Positions 46,520 through 58,016 of a stretch of 64,000 bases of DNA are shown here, piece by piece. A program made the position numbers and the translations under genes. The notes under the pieces are model-generated. The model searched no databases. It was not told the origin of the DNA and worked only from the letters and a program-made list of their open reading frames with translations. Source of the DNA: Carpediemonas membranifera BICM (lineage: Eukaryota; Protista; Fornicata); contig JAHDYR010000053.1 of NCBI GenBank assembly GCA_019828565.1, positions 34,114-98,113 of the forward strand, written 5' to 3'. Numbering within the stretch: the first letter of the stretch is position 1; the number at the start of each line of letters is the position of its first letter.

Positions 46520-47524
46520 CTACACGTCTCTCTCAAGCGCACGGGTCATCATGCTTATGTATCGATCATTCATAAGTCTTCTCTGGTCGGTTCTTAACGG
46601 GTCATACTCGTTGACATCAGAAACGATGTCTTGCATTTCAGGAAGAGGAATGGGCCGGGCATAGCTAGTCTCAGACATGATGACCCTGGCCTCGTTGGGA
46701 AATGACAAGGAACCATTGGCTATAATCCGTCTTCCTGCTGAGCCAGGCGCGAAACGATAGCCAGAGAAGTACTTCGTCAGAAAGAAAAGAGGATTGTCGA
46801 GGCATGTCACGCGGTAGAGCCAATAGGCGTCCTGGAGAACAAGCTCATGCGCCAGAACCTTCTCAGGAGTGAGGATAATGCATGTGTTCTTGTACTTGGC
46901 TGTCGAAATAGCACTGCACAGCTGAGACTCCTCAGATCTGTCGAGTCCGGAGCAGGTGGCAAAGTAAATCAGACGCACACGCGTCGATCTCACCAAGGAA
47001 GGGCTCTCGAATGACCTGAGGATGAGCTGGACCAGATCATGGTGATACAGAAACTCGTTCGTAGACGTATCAATGATCATACGCGACGTTTCTGTATCAG
47101 AATGACCCGATATCACCCAGTAAGTGTCGAAGTTAGAGTACTGCGACGCCAACTCCTCAAGTACCTCGGCCAGATGGGACGTAGACTTAAAGGTGCGGGC
47201 AACGGCAGTCAGCCACTCATCATCAACGAGCTCTAGAGCCGTCTTGAGCTTGAAATGATAGCCAGATGAGTTGGCAAGACTTTCCACGCGGAAGACGGGG
47301 TAGGGCTGAGTCGGGGTCTCGAAACCATGCAGCGGCTCGATGGTGATTAGCACCCGTCGGTTAATCAACTTCTCTGTTGTAAAAGGACACTCGTGAGAGG
47401 AAGAAGACTTGAAACCGATCCCGCGATGTCCACGCCTGAGCTGAACCTTACCACAGACACATTCAAAGACTTCTTGGTCCTTACTGATGCGTCGCGTGCC
47501 GAATTCTCCGTATTTCTCGTCCAT
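46520..47524 (-). CDS. Putative caspase-fold (clan CD-like) cysteine protease
   Basis: WVISGHS and LIYFATCSG suggest a His/Cys dyad, each residue following a hydrophobic strand. Confidence 0.5.
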   Translation of the reverse strand: MDEKYGEFGTRRISKDQEVFECVCGKVQLRRGHRGIGFKSSSSHECPFTTEKLINRRVLITIEPLHGFETPTQPYPVFRVESLANSSGYHFKLKTALELVDDEWLTAVARTFKSTSHLAEVLEELASQYSNFDTYWVISGHSDTETSRMIIDTSTNEFLYHHDLVQLILRSFESPSLVRSTRVRLIYFATCSGLDRSEESQLCSAISTAKYKNTCIILTPEKVLAHELVLQDAYWLYRVTCLDNPLFFLTKYFSGYRFAPGSAGRRIIANGSLSFPNEARVIMSETSYARPIPLPEMQDIVSDVNEYDPLRTDQRRLMNDRYISMMTRALERDV

Positions 47525-47719
47525 TTGCAATGTGCCATTTTTTTTTCATGAATGGCACATTTTGATTTGAAGCAAAGGACAAGCTTTTTGATCCAAGTAA
47601 AGAGGTATACCTTCATTGCTACACTATTTATGCATGCTACTGCAGTATTGTTCGGATCTGATCAGCGATGCGCCTGTTCTTCGGATCGGGAGTTGCGAGA
47701 AAAAAAAGAGAACGAAGAT

Positions 47720-48720
47720 ATGGCGAGAAGAAAGATGCCCGCAAGGAAGCAGCAACCGGTAGGTAAGAGAAGGACTCAAAATCCACCCAACAAGACTTTT
47801 TGAGTCATCTGCTTCTCCGCAGGATCAACGTCCTGCGGAAACGACTGTAACGGCAGCATCACCTCCTCCTCCGCCTCCCGAGTCGCCCGAGGATGGTAAG
47901 GAGCAAGATTCTCCTCCTCCTCCGCCTCCCGAGTCGCCTTCCCATTCATCCAGCTCGTCTGAAGCCGAGGAGGACTCCGTCGAGGGGTCCGTCATGCACG
48001 TCCACCCTAGGTGGACGCATGTTCTACCCGGGTTCAGACCTGCAGGACGTCAAGCGGCTGATTTCGGATGAGATAAGCCTTCAGGCCATTCCTGCTCCGG
48101 CCTGGATCTCATCCGAGACCCGTTGCGACCCCCGTCTGACCCAGGAGCCCGACCATCCGGCCCTCAATCGGACGCAGAGCGTCGGCCGAGGCATGATTGC
48201 CACTGAGGATATCTCAGCTGGCACATGTCTCGGCATATACCTCGGGAAGCTGATTCCCGATGCTGAGACGGCCAGCAACAACGGCCAGATGGTGTTTGTT
48301 TCGCATATTCCATTACCATTACACAGCATGTCATTCGCTGACAGTCAGGTCGCCGTCGATGCCATGTCGGCCGCAGCGGGTGTCCACCTGATTAACCACA
48401 GCCCTGACGATGTCAACTGTGAGTTCGTGGACGTCTTGGTGGATGGCCTGCCAGTGATATCGGTCAGGGCCACTGCCAACATCGTTCGCGGCGAGTTCTT
48501 GCGCATCGATTATGGCGAGACCTACTTTGAGGCCGATGAAGAGGAGCACCCGGTTGCTCGCTTCAAGAGTCTCGCCATAGATGACCCTCACTACCTCGCT
48601 CGAAAGGTGGAGCAGTTCAAAATACTGCAGGTCAAGCCGCAGCCCCGCAAGCGGAAGACCAAGTCCAACCCCGCCCGTAAGCGCTTCCACAGCTGCGCGC
48701 ATGACTCAAGGCAAGAGTGA
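47720..48720 (+). CDS. SET-domain lysine methyltransferase; probable 33-nt intron at 48294-48326; N-terminus frameshifted
   Basis: GRGMIATEDISAGTCLGIYLG, HLINHS and EFLRIDYG. Confidence 0.85.
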
Positions 48721-48754
48721 ATAAACTTGAAGAGATATCAATTCAATCAATCAT

Positions 48755-50129
48755 TTATGAGCGGGTGACATCCTCCGGACGAGTAGCACGCTTCTCGGGC
48801 TCTGCGGCAGCTGCCTTGCGCTTGCGGTCCGGAAGACTGTAGACACAGGCATGACGATTCTCGATGACGATGAACTGAGTGAGCTTCATGCTCTCACAAA
48901 GACCTAAGATCTTGTCCAGCGTCGCATCCTGGATGGGCAAGAACTCTGAATCTTCCCAACCTTTGTGGACCCAGAGGCAGGTAAGATCCTCGTCGATCTG
49001 GGTGATGATTACCGGAGTGTGACTCAGCTCTACACTGGCCTGGATGGCCTCATGGTCTGCCCAGGGGAAAGGGGAGCCAGGCATCTCAGAGAACGGGTCG
49101 CCCTCGAACCCCTTGCCCTCACAGAAGGATCGGATGTCCTCGTACAGCTGAAGCTTCTCACCAACAGTAGGCTGGGACCCAGTCCTGATGAGATGCATGG
49201 CGCTGAGAATGCATGAGCCATCCCCAGGCACCTCAGACCGCTTCAGAGAGCTTGTATCGTTCTTAAACTTCTTAGCGGTCTTCTCCATGATGGTCTGGAC
49301 GTCATCTTTGGGGTCTGCGGCCACCAAAGCCTCCCGATCCAGGTCTATGACCTCAGCCTCCTTCTTCAAGGGCACAAGCTTCTCCGTCTCGAGCTTTTCA
49401 ATCTTGGCCCGGGCTCGCCAAAGCTCCCTCTTCAAATCACGGATCGCACCGTTGTGTTCCACGGCAAGATGGCGGCGCAGGAGGCGCGATGTGCCACTCA
49501 GGGTACTTCTGTGGACGGGAGAGTCCATCAGAAGCGCGTCCAGGTGCCTTATCCGGTCGAACTGCACGTCGACCGGGTCCGACAGCTCAGGCTCGGCGTT
49601 GTTCTTGAACGAACGGACGACCCCCGACCTTCCTGGCTTCACCTTGCGCATTATGCGCTCACGGAGCAGCGAAAGGACTGAATAAGCAGGAGTTATTTGG
49701 AGTACTTACCTCCAACGTCGTGCTCGTGATCCGAAGACACTTCTCGGCGGACCTTCTGGACAAGGCTGTCGTAGGCATGATCTCCCATGACCTTCTTCAG
49801 CTCAGCCGATGTCGTGATCAGCTCAAGCTGAGCCTCGGCAGTTTCTCTTAGGTGCAGGATAAGGTGAGGCGACCTGAAGAGCTTGCGAAGCGTTTTCCAG
49901 CCAATATCTGTGTAAAAAGGTATGGGGAAAGTACTTACGATCACGAAGAAGGGCGGTGAGGATCTTGTCATCGGGCAGAAGGAACTTACGAAGAAGTGAG
50001 CACTTGATCATCTCCCTGCGCGTTTGATGAGGCCTGACTGATCTCAGCGCTGTCATAGAAGATAAAGAACTGCTTACCAAACGTTTTCGAACGCTTCAAG
50101 AGCATGTAGAAGTCGAAAACCGATTGCAT
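48755..50129 (-). CDS. OTU-like protein, 427 aa after splicing three introns (50050-50077, 49908-49938, 49678-49709)
   Basis: VPGDGSCILSA, WA and NRHA. Exons of 52, 111, 198 and 923 nt give one open frame. Confidence 0.8.
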
Positions 50130-50133
50130 GATT

Positions 50134-50299
50134 ATAAGGCTCTCAGGACCTAATGAAAAAAATTCATAAGGCTCTGAGAGCCTAATAAACCATGCGGAAA
50201 AATGACCAGTATCAGTAGGCAACGGCGCGGGAGATTCATTAGGCTCTGAGAGCCTTATACACGATTTCGAATTGGTGTATAAGGCTCTGAGAGCCTTAT
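50134..50299. promoter_or_regulatory. Cluster of palindromes ATAAGGCTCT-G-AGAGCCTTAT
   Basis: Copies near 50166, 50238 and 50279, plus a degenerate one at 50134, just upstream of the OTU start. Confidence 0.6.
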
Positions 50300-50828
50300 G
50301 AACTCAGAGGAGGTCCTCGGGGCACTTCGGTGCAGAATTTTGATTGGGCATCTGATTGGACCATGGGGCGGATGCTCAGAGGGATGAATGCGAGCTCAAT
50401 GGAGACCATTGGACATGTCAGAGATGGCATGTCCAGGTGAAGGTCCATCATGGAAGGAGCCATTCACGATAAGTCTTCTAAATGTTGTGTTGCGAGCGTC
50501 TGAAGGGCTTTCTCTGGATACCGACCAAGATGGAGGTCACGTGGATCAACGGACGATAATTGCGGTATTCTGGCCTTGTATGCCACTCTTAAATCCATTG
50601 TTTGATCCATTCCCGCGTTTATAGTTCATCTCAACGCTTCCTCGACGAGTTACAATTGTTGATGTTGTTTAGGTTCTATTACAGGCCATTCGAGGCCACA
50701 GAGCTCTCATGATGTTGTTTTAGTGATATACACATGCTTGCCAGCGTTTGAGGATCGATACTCTTCTCCTTTCTTCGTTTGGTTTTCTAATTTCGTTGCG
50801 AGCATAAAGTGCACCTTGAAGAAACGTT

Positions 50829-51515
50829 ATGCCTCCGAAACGGAGTAATACTGCTAAGAGCAAGGGCAGAAAGCGTCTAAACGCTGTGGAAATGATTTCT
50901 ACTTACTTAGAGAAGGAGCACGCTGCTGGAAGCATCTCCGCTGCCGATGTCGCCACCGGAAACCGCATTTGCAATGAGGTGGTTGACAGACGCCCCAATG
51001 ACCTCCCCACATTCGTTCCGGAGGATCTTAGGGATGAAGCGGAGTTCCGTTCTCTCGATAGCATTGAGCAGATCATGGCGCAGTACAAGGGCGAGTCTTC
51101 TGAGGCCAAGGAGAAGCGCTTCAGGGCCCTCATCAGCCTGGACGCCGAAGGAGATGAGGTCGACCATGGCAGCCCTCTCTTGGCAACTGTCCGTGAGTAC
51201 CGCGAGCTGTTCCACGGCATCCCTCAGTCGGTCCGCCCCCGCGCTTACGCCTTCGTCGCCCAGAGGCTTGGTATCTCTGTCGACAAGGTCAGAGAGGTCC
51301 TTCTGGAGAGTGTGTGCCGCAAGGACTCTAAGCTCATCTTCGAGCGTCCGCAGCTTGTCCTCAAGAAGCACTCGAAGACCTTCAAGGACCTCGCCGCTGT
51401 GATTGAGAAGAGGAACGCTGCCCGTGCCGCTGCAGAGGCTCGTGATGTTCTGCGTATACCCGTTTACGCGAGCCTCCTGCTCTTCCACGCAGCTAACGTC
51501 AACTCAAATGAGTAA
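50829..51515 (+). CDS. Hypothetical protein with basic NLS-like N-terminus (228 aa)
   Basis: Clean ATG ORF ending TAATAAA. Confidence 0.65.
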   Translation: MPPKRSNTAKSKGRKRLNAVEMISTYLEKEHAAGSISAADVATGNRICNEVVDRRPNDLPTFVPEDLRDEAEFRSLDSIEQIMAQYKGESSEAKEKRFRALISLDAEGDEVDHGSPLLATVREYRELFHGIPQSVRPRAYAFVAQRLGISVDKVREVLLESVCRKDSKLIFERPQLVLKKHSKTFKDLAAVIEKRNAARAAAEARDVLRIPVYASLLLFHAANVNSNE

Positions 51516-51638
51516 TAAATCGACTGCTTCTTCATTTAATCTTCATTCTCTTCCTCATCTTCCTTCTCAGACAGCAGATGGTACCACTCTTCCTCGAAAT
51601 AGTTCTCTTTCTGGTAATCCTTACGCATCTTTGATCTC

Positions 51639-52391
51639 TTATCCACGATCTTTTTGGACCAAATCCCTTCGGTTGCTGTCGTAAAGGGCGATGATTATCT
51701 CACGTTGCTTCTTGCGCGTCGGGTGCGGGGTAACACTCTTCCTCAGACGCTTAATGTAGCGGTTGAGCTTGTCCGAGGGCTTGGTGGGCAGGGTGGGTTG
51801 GGTGGCTTGGGTTCTCTTTGGGGGAGGCTGGACCTGGTCCACAGAAGTGAAAGCCGTACCGTAGTCGACGGACGGGGGAGCCCTCCAGGACTTCATGGCA
51901 TATCCATGGCAAGCAACGAGACTCTCACCGAGCTTCGTCCACTTGTTCGGGCCGTATGTTGCCTCCATGGTCACCAGTTTCGCATCATCCAGGTACTCCA
52001 TCGTGGACTTTTGCTTGGAGATGGACATCCCCATACGCTGGTAGGCTGGCACAAGAGAACTTACACACTGCAGGCGGATCCTCTGTCCGGCAGAGGCAAC
52101 CGAAAGAAGAATCGTGGCGAGACCATTGCCCCTGGCATAGAATGCCGTGCGAATAACCACAACATATAAGTCCTGGCGCAGCTCGGAAGGGGTTTCATCA
52201 GTAGCTTCGGTGTTGTATGACTCCTTCGTGAGCAACAAGGCCGAAATGATGGAATCAGTCTTGCAGTCACGAATCGCAACCAATCTGGGTAAATACCTGG
52301 GCAACACTGGGTGAACAAACATGAAGAAGCGATGATCGATGTCATCAACTCCTCTCGTGGCAACGTCCTGCTTAAAAAAACGTACGGACAC
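51639..52391 (-). CDS. GNAT-family acetyltransferase-like protein (start uncertain)
   Basis: Motif A-like ARGNGLATILL and motif B-like LVPAYQRMGM. Confidence 0.65.
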   Translation of the reverse strand: MSVRFFKQDVATRGVDDIDHRFFMFVHPVLPRYLPRLVAIRDCKTDSIISALLLTKESYNTEATDETPSELRQDLYVVVIRTAFYARGNGLATILLSVASAGQRIRLQCVSSLVPAYQRMGMSISKQKSTMEYLDDAKLVTMEATYGPNKWTKLGESLVACHGYAMKSWRAPPSVDYGTAFTSVDQVQPPPKRTQATQPTLPTKPSDKLNRYIKRLRKSVTPHPTRKKQREIIIALYDSNRRDLVQKDRG

Positions 52392-52622
52392 TGGGGATGA
52401 TGTCTGACTTATCAGAAAGTCTTACGTACTGTATATAAGCCTTATGGGCTGCAAGAGTATCCTCTGTCCAAGATTCTTTTCCCCGTTTGGTTCATTTTCA
52501 CAAACTTTTTGTGAAACCTGCGAAATGTGAAATGTGCCATTCATGAAAAAAAGTGGCACATATGAAAAATGAATGAATTTATCACGGAACCATCTTACAT
52601 CACTTTATATCACGCGGATGCC

Positions 52623-54968
52623 TCAATTCTGTCTGCTACACTCTCCACACAGGCAGCAAACTAACTCTATGCCATGGTCCGCCAGACTGCATGACATCGT
52701 GCCCTCCTCACCCCACGTCAGCGTCGTATGCTCTTCTACAAACTCCCACACTTCATCAACAGTCTCCTGAAAGGTCTGGATCATCTCACGAGTTGGCTCG
52801 AAGGTCACGGTGGTCAGTGTGCGGACACCAAACCAATGCTTCGCATCCTTACAGCAGTCGTGAACTCGCACACACTTGAGTCGCTGGAGCTGGGGGACAG
52901 AGTAGTCCTGCCGACCAAAAAGAACGCATGCCCGTCAGGAAGGAACACGCGAGAGTTGTCTGCTCGATCAAGCAAATGCCCTCAAGGACTGCCTTCCTGT
53001 GCAACTTGGCTGCTACCTCCTGGTTCTTGATGAACTCTCGCTCAAAGTACTCCTCTAGGATATAGAACAGCGGCACCTTGAGATGCTTGTGGCACAGGGG
53101 CTGCGTCGTGAGTCTGCTGATGCTGTAGAGGTTCTCAGCGCACGGTTTCTCCTTCGTCTTCGCTTCGCTGCTTGATAGCAGGGATATGGAAGTCTTATCC
53201 TTGTTAGGAATGAACGCAATCGTGACGTGAATGAGGTGGGCCACTGCGGCAGCCATGAAGTGAAACGCGACAGCCGCGTCAGTCACAGGTTCGGACGAGT
53301 AGTACATGGCCTGGAGGTAGCCAATGAGCCGAATGATATCTTGAATGCACTCAGGGAGAGCAACGTAGTCCTCTTGGTCGTGGCAGCCATCCTTACACGT
53401 GCGGACGACTGCTCGTTACAACCTACGGTCCTATCGATGCTTCGCATGGACGACATACGGCCAAGCTTGAGGTTGAGGAGCTTATTCTGGATGATCTCCT
53501 CGCGGGACCCGCGGGTGGTGGGATGCTTCTTGAAAGAACCACAGATATGGGCAACCTGCTCGAGTAAACGGTGCGAGTCGTGCATGAATGGAGGGCATAT
53601 GACGATCTTCTCAAGAGGGATGACACTACAATTCTCGAACACCATGCGTTCATTGGTGAAATCGCCATAGATTGCAAGTACATCTTGAACTCGGTTCGGG
53701 TCGTCGACTTCAGCCTGGTATGCTGTCTTATCGTCCAGGTTGTCCTTGATGGTGAGACGATGGCGGCCTGCTATCGGGTGGAGCGCCTTACTTTTGTGGT
53801 AAATCGTGTTGCAAGGGTGTGGATAGTTGGGCCGGCCCGACTTTCTGGACAGCATGTGGCGGAGGGCGGCATGATCGCCCATGACGATGACATGGTCGAA
53901 GATTGTGACCTCACCAGTGTCTCTGATGGGTATCTGACTCGTGTATAGGCGCTCAATCTCCTTCTCGACGCGAGAAAGAGACTCTTCCATCAACAAATCA
54001 CCCTCGCTACCCATATACTCGACTATACGGAAAGGTGGAGTAATCTTGTTGGGGAATGTGAAGCCTGTGGGGTCGTAGATGCGGAGCTTGAAGGCAGCAG
54101 AACCCCCTTTCCACCCGTCAAGCCATAGTAGGATCTTCATGGGGCTAAACGTGACTCCAACCCTGTTGCCAAGGGCGTTCTTGCATCGAACGTAGTTGGG
54201 CTGGTCCGACTCGAGCCATTCCGGGTGGCGAACAGCTTGCTTGAGGTAACGAACGGCATCAAACCAGACTCGATCAACCTTGTCCCATGTGGAGCTGTTG
54301 AGCCGCTTGCCGAGGGTGACTCCCTGGGTCTGCTTGAGCTCAGGGCGATGACTTGTGGCCTCATCGCTCGTCTCGTAGTGAAGATCAAGCATTGGCTTCT
54401 CCCACTTGAAGTCAATGACGTTCTCCGCGTCCGTCAGGGGCTGGATATCGACACCCTCGTCCACCGTTAGGCGATTGGTGCACTCGAGTCTCGACTTTGT
54501 GCCATTTCTGCCCCACCGCCAGGTCGTGTTGACTGTGACAGACTCCACAGGGACGAGATGACCCAAGAAAGCAACCTCTGGTCTAGTCAGCGCTGCAACC
54601 AGGCCGTTGATCTTGGTGATATTGACCTGCAACTGCTTCACGAAGATATCAGCAGCCTTGCTGGAGATGATTGGCATATGAAGTCGCGCAGAAAGACTAC
54701 GGATGAGCTTAAAGAGCTCATGGGTTGCGTTACAACCCGACTTGATGTACATCAGGATAGAAACAAGCTCCAAAATCTGCTTGTAGTTGTCAGTTTCCTC
54801 AGTTGAGACCTCGTGCTGTCTCCGCAAGCGTTCGTGGGTGACAGCAATACGCGCGTGGTCACGTACGAAGACATCGAAGGTCGGGGCGACTCCTCTATGG
54901 GAACGTACTGCACGCAAGAAGGGTCGAGAGTCGTGCGGGTCGGCGAAAAATCTCGGATCGACCTCCAT
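52623..54968 (-). CDS. Transposase of element 2; frameshifts near 53375 and 52900
   Basis: LWLDGW, PPFRIVEY, VMGDHAA, PPFMHD, GCNEQ, EEYFEREFI and CCKDA are all colinear with 28823-31432. Confidence 0.8.
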
Positions 54969-55467
54969 GCAGTGCCAACAATGCGAGAGGTACTTCCATT
55001 ATAGCTGTGTCAGTGGCTACTTGGAGGAGCGAATGGCATACCCGGCATCTAACAGGGCCGATAAGCAGAAGATATCCATCTGCGATGACTGTAAGGCAAT
55101 CAATGGTAACGACGAGTGCTTTCATCGTACACCTCCAACCGAGACCACCCAAGCAGCGGACTGTGGTAGAAGTATTAAGGATGGACCCAGCATGCTCTGC
55201 TACTTTTGTTCCAACTGGTTCTGTCCGGATCATATCGCGGACACCGTTTTTGACACTGGAACTGACATGTTGAAGCGTCCTTCTCGTCGTGTTCCGGTGT
55301 GCGTGAATTGCTTTCCTCGCATTCAGAGAGGCCAGCGACAGTTCAACGGTGAGTATACCAACGCTGCCCGCGCTATTACAGAGCCATTGACACTCGCGGA
55401 TGACGAGGCTCGTGATGATGTCAGTATCCGCGAGGAGGTGAGTGATGAGGAGGATGACCAAGAGTGA
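54787..55467 (+). CDS. Second PHD-like zinc-finger protein (start uncertain; ATG at 54967)
   Basis: MQCQQCERYFHYSC..CDDC and CYFCSNWFCPDH..CVNC. Confidence 0.65.
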   Translation: MSVSSVETSCCLRKRSWVTAIRAWSRTKTSKVGATPLWERTARKKGRESCGSAKNLGSTSMQCQQCERYFHYSCVSGYLEERMAYPASNRADKQKISICDDCKAINGNDECFHRTPPTETTQAADCGRSIKDGPSMLCYFCSNWFCPDHIADTVFDTGTDMLKRPSRRVPVCVNCFPRIQRGQRQFNGEYTNAARAITEPLTLADDEARDDVSIREEVSDEEDDQE

Positions 55468-55781
55468 TAAGTGGAATAAAATGAACGAATGACTGATGCG
55501 GCACATTCTGTTTACGCTATACGACGATTTTAGAGAGCGCCAGAGAGGTGCTGCAGGGAGAGAGCTTGTGCTTGCGTATCCTGAGGGATGCGGGATGGGA
55601 GGGGCCGACGTAATTGGCCAATCCACGTTTGTGGATCACCTGGTGTCGTCCATACCGGGCGTCTCTCCGCCACAGGCTGTGTTGCTGCGCATGGAAAGCA
55701 GTGTTAACTGTGTTCTATTGCACGATAGCACGGGGTTATTGACTGATGCGGCACCTACCTTAAATTGCTCGTCATCCACAG

Positions 55782-56795
55782 TTGTGGATGGACCGATATC
55801 GCGCTAAGCATCGCCAAGCACCTCTCAAAGGGCAATCATCCGCTCGACAAGATCATCACCTGTTCATTTCACCATGGAACGATGAGCAGCTCCGCATCCT
55901 TGGCGATAATGCGCGAGTTCTTCAGCTGCTCGCCATGATGGTCCCTTGGATGCGGAAGATCTTGGCCTCGCCTGCATTTAACCCCGGGTGCAAGCCCAAT
56001 AGCACCGAGAAGGACCTCCTCGGCAAAGAGCTCGAACAGGACGTGGATTCATCAAGAATCCTTCGTGAGATGTCCAATCGAGCGGCGTACAACAAAGCCC
56101 ATGCCAAGATCATTCGTGATCTCGTTGAGTACCGGAACCGCGCAGCTCACAATGAGCTTGAGCCCGACACCCTGCCCAAGGTCCTGGAGCTGGTCGAGAG
56201 CTTGGCCCAGGCCTTCTCGGTTCCATTGCACGATAACGTCAGGGCGTTCATCGCGCTGCTTAAGTCGCCAGTGTCGCTCGTTGCGACAAGTGAACATCAT
56301 GCTCTGACGAAGAAGGTCAGCATTCTTGAGGATGAGATTGAGAGGCTGCGTAGCGGCGGCCGTAAGACCATGCTCAGGCTGCCAGGTGTCAGGTCTCAGC
56401 CGGAGCCCACCACTTTGGAGCAGGCAACGATGACGACTTCGGACGTCGGAGACCTGGATGAGCCGAGGCCCAGGCCCGAAGACACGGGCAAGACGCGCGG
56501 TACGCTCATGTCCCGCACACTGACTGCTAGCCAGGTGGACCAGCTAGCTATGGCCAGAACGCATGACCCCCCGCTTGTCCTGTCAGGACGTTGCATCGTG
56601 TGCGGGGGCTCATGCGAGACCTCAGAGTGGGCTTGCCGTCGTACCTCAACGACGACACCCAAAGATCCTTGCCGAACGTTGATTCGGAAGGTTAGGACTG
56701 GGAATACTCGCGACGTCTCTGTCTACCTCACAGATGAGGCATTTGAGTGGGTCAAACGTCGCGATCAGACAGGCAAGAGAGCGAGACAGGAATAA
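55782..56795 (+). CDS. Swt1-like HEPN plus Cys4 finger protein
   Basis: RDLVEYRNRAAHN and CIVCG..WAC..CR; homolog of 10778-11707. Confidence 0.7.
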   Translation: MWMDRYRAKHRQAPLKGQSSARQDHHLFISPWNDEQLRILGDNARVLQLLAMMVPWMRKILASPAFNPGCKPNSTEKDLLGKELEQDVDSSRILREMSNRAAYNKAHAKIIRDLVEYRNRAAHNELEPDTLPKVLELVESLAQAFSVPLHDNVRAFIALLKSPVSLVATSEHHALTKKVSILEDEIERLRSGGRKTMLRLPGVRSQPEPTTLEQATMTTSDVGDLDEPRPRPEDTGKTRGTLMSRTLTASQVDQLAMARTHDPPLVLSGRCIVCGGSCETSEWACRRTSTTTPKDPCRTLIRKVRTGNTRDVSVYLTDEAFEWVKRRDQTGKRARQE

Positions 56796-57232
56796 ATGAA
56801 TGTATATGTGCATGTCTGGGCCTCAGCGCTGTCGTTCAGGCCAATCCACGTTTGTGGATCCGTGCAGTTTATGGCTTATCGACCGGACATCTCCTGAACT
56901 GAGCGCCAGGGGGGCGGAGGTGGCGTTGGCGTGGGGCGTGGAGGCGCTGGGGGCGGGGGTGGCGTTGATATTGGGCAATTACATAAAGTGCACGGTGCTT
57001 GGAATTTCATTCCAACCTCAAAATGGCGGGAAAGCATTATTGGAAGGAACTAGTGGCAGCTATGCGGTTCTTTATACTGCAAAAGCAACCAGCTGTCGTC
57101 AAAAAGCGCGCCATCTACCATCAATAACCAACATCTGCGTTTCACTCCACTGTTCTCGGTCGTTAATGCACAAAAATCACTAAACAACATCAGAAAGGAA
57201 CAAAAAGATAGATACTATAGACGTCCGTTTAC

Positions 57233-57962
57233 CTATTCAGCCAGGCGCAGGTACTGACGCGCCGTCTCTCGGGCAGAAGATATACCATGGAGGGATGCGT
57301 TCTGGGCAAGGCGCTTGAACGACACAACGAACAGCGGAAGTCGCTCCCACTCTCCTTGGGCCCAGTAGTGATGGTCGTACTCGAGTGATAAATATTCGTA
57401 GGGGTGAATTGTTCGAACGCACACGAAGAAGAGAAGCGGGAGCAGTTTCGTCTCATCAGCAGCAACACGAACAAGAACGTGACCAATGTGGCACTGCACA
57501 TTGGTCACGACCGGGTTGTCGTTGATGCGATGGACACCGATTGTTTCAGGGTTGGCGCTGACGCAAAAACTGGGTTCCATCGATGAGGTAGTCGTAGTTA
57601 CCATTTGACTGGCGCTCATGGATGACCTCACCAGCATAGACACCGACCAGAGAACCGACGTCGATTCGGTGCGACGAGATGACCCCTTGGCCAACATCGG
57701 TGCCCATGAGGGACTTCTGTGGCTCAAGAAGGATCCCATCTGCGGTCTTAGCGATGCCGTTCTCAAGTAGTTCTTCGCCTGCATGCTCAGAGTCCGCCTT
57801 CTTGCCACCTGCACCGAGGAACTGCTCTCTATCCTCCTTAGAGAGCTTTTTCAGAGACATCAATTTCTCGTAATCATCTAAAGACATTGTAATGTTCTCC
57901 TCTTCCTCTGATCCATCTGTAGCAACATGCGGGATCATGATAGTGTGCATTCCTGTTGTCAC
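57233..57962 (-). CDS. SET-domain protein (frameshift in the A run near 57567), counterpart of 11968-12623
   Basis: GQGVISSHRIDVGSLVGVYAG, GVHRINDN and EYLSLEYDHHYW. Confidence 0.75.
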
Positions 57963-58016
57963 TCACAATTGCGAAACTCGCTCTCTGTTCCATAACCTGC
58001 ACATCGGATTTGAACG

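Noticed and set aside
49964-49989. Apparent 26-nt GTAAGT..AG intron
   Set aside because: Splicing it creates a stop. Unspliced it encodes RKFLLPDDK, which aligns with ARFLLPRRD in element 1.
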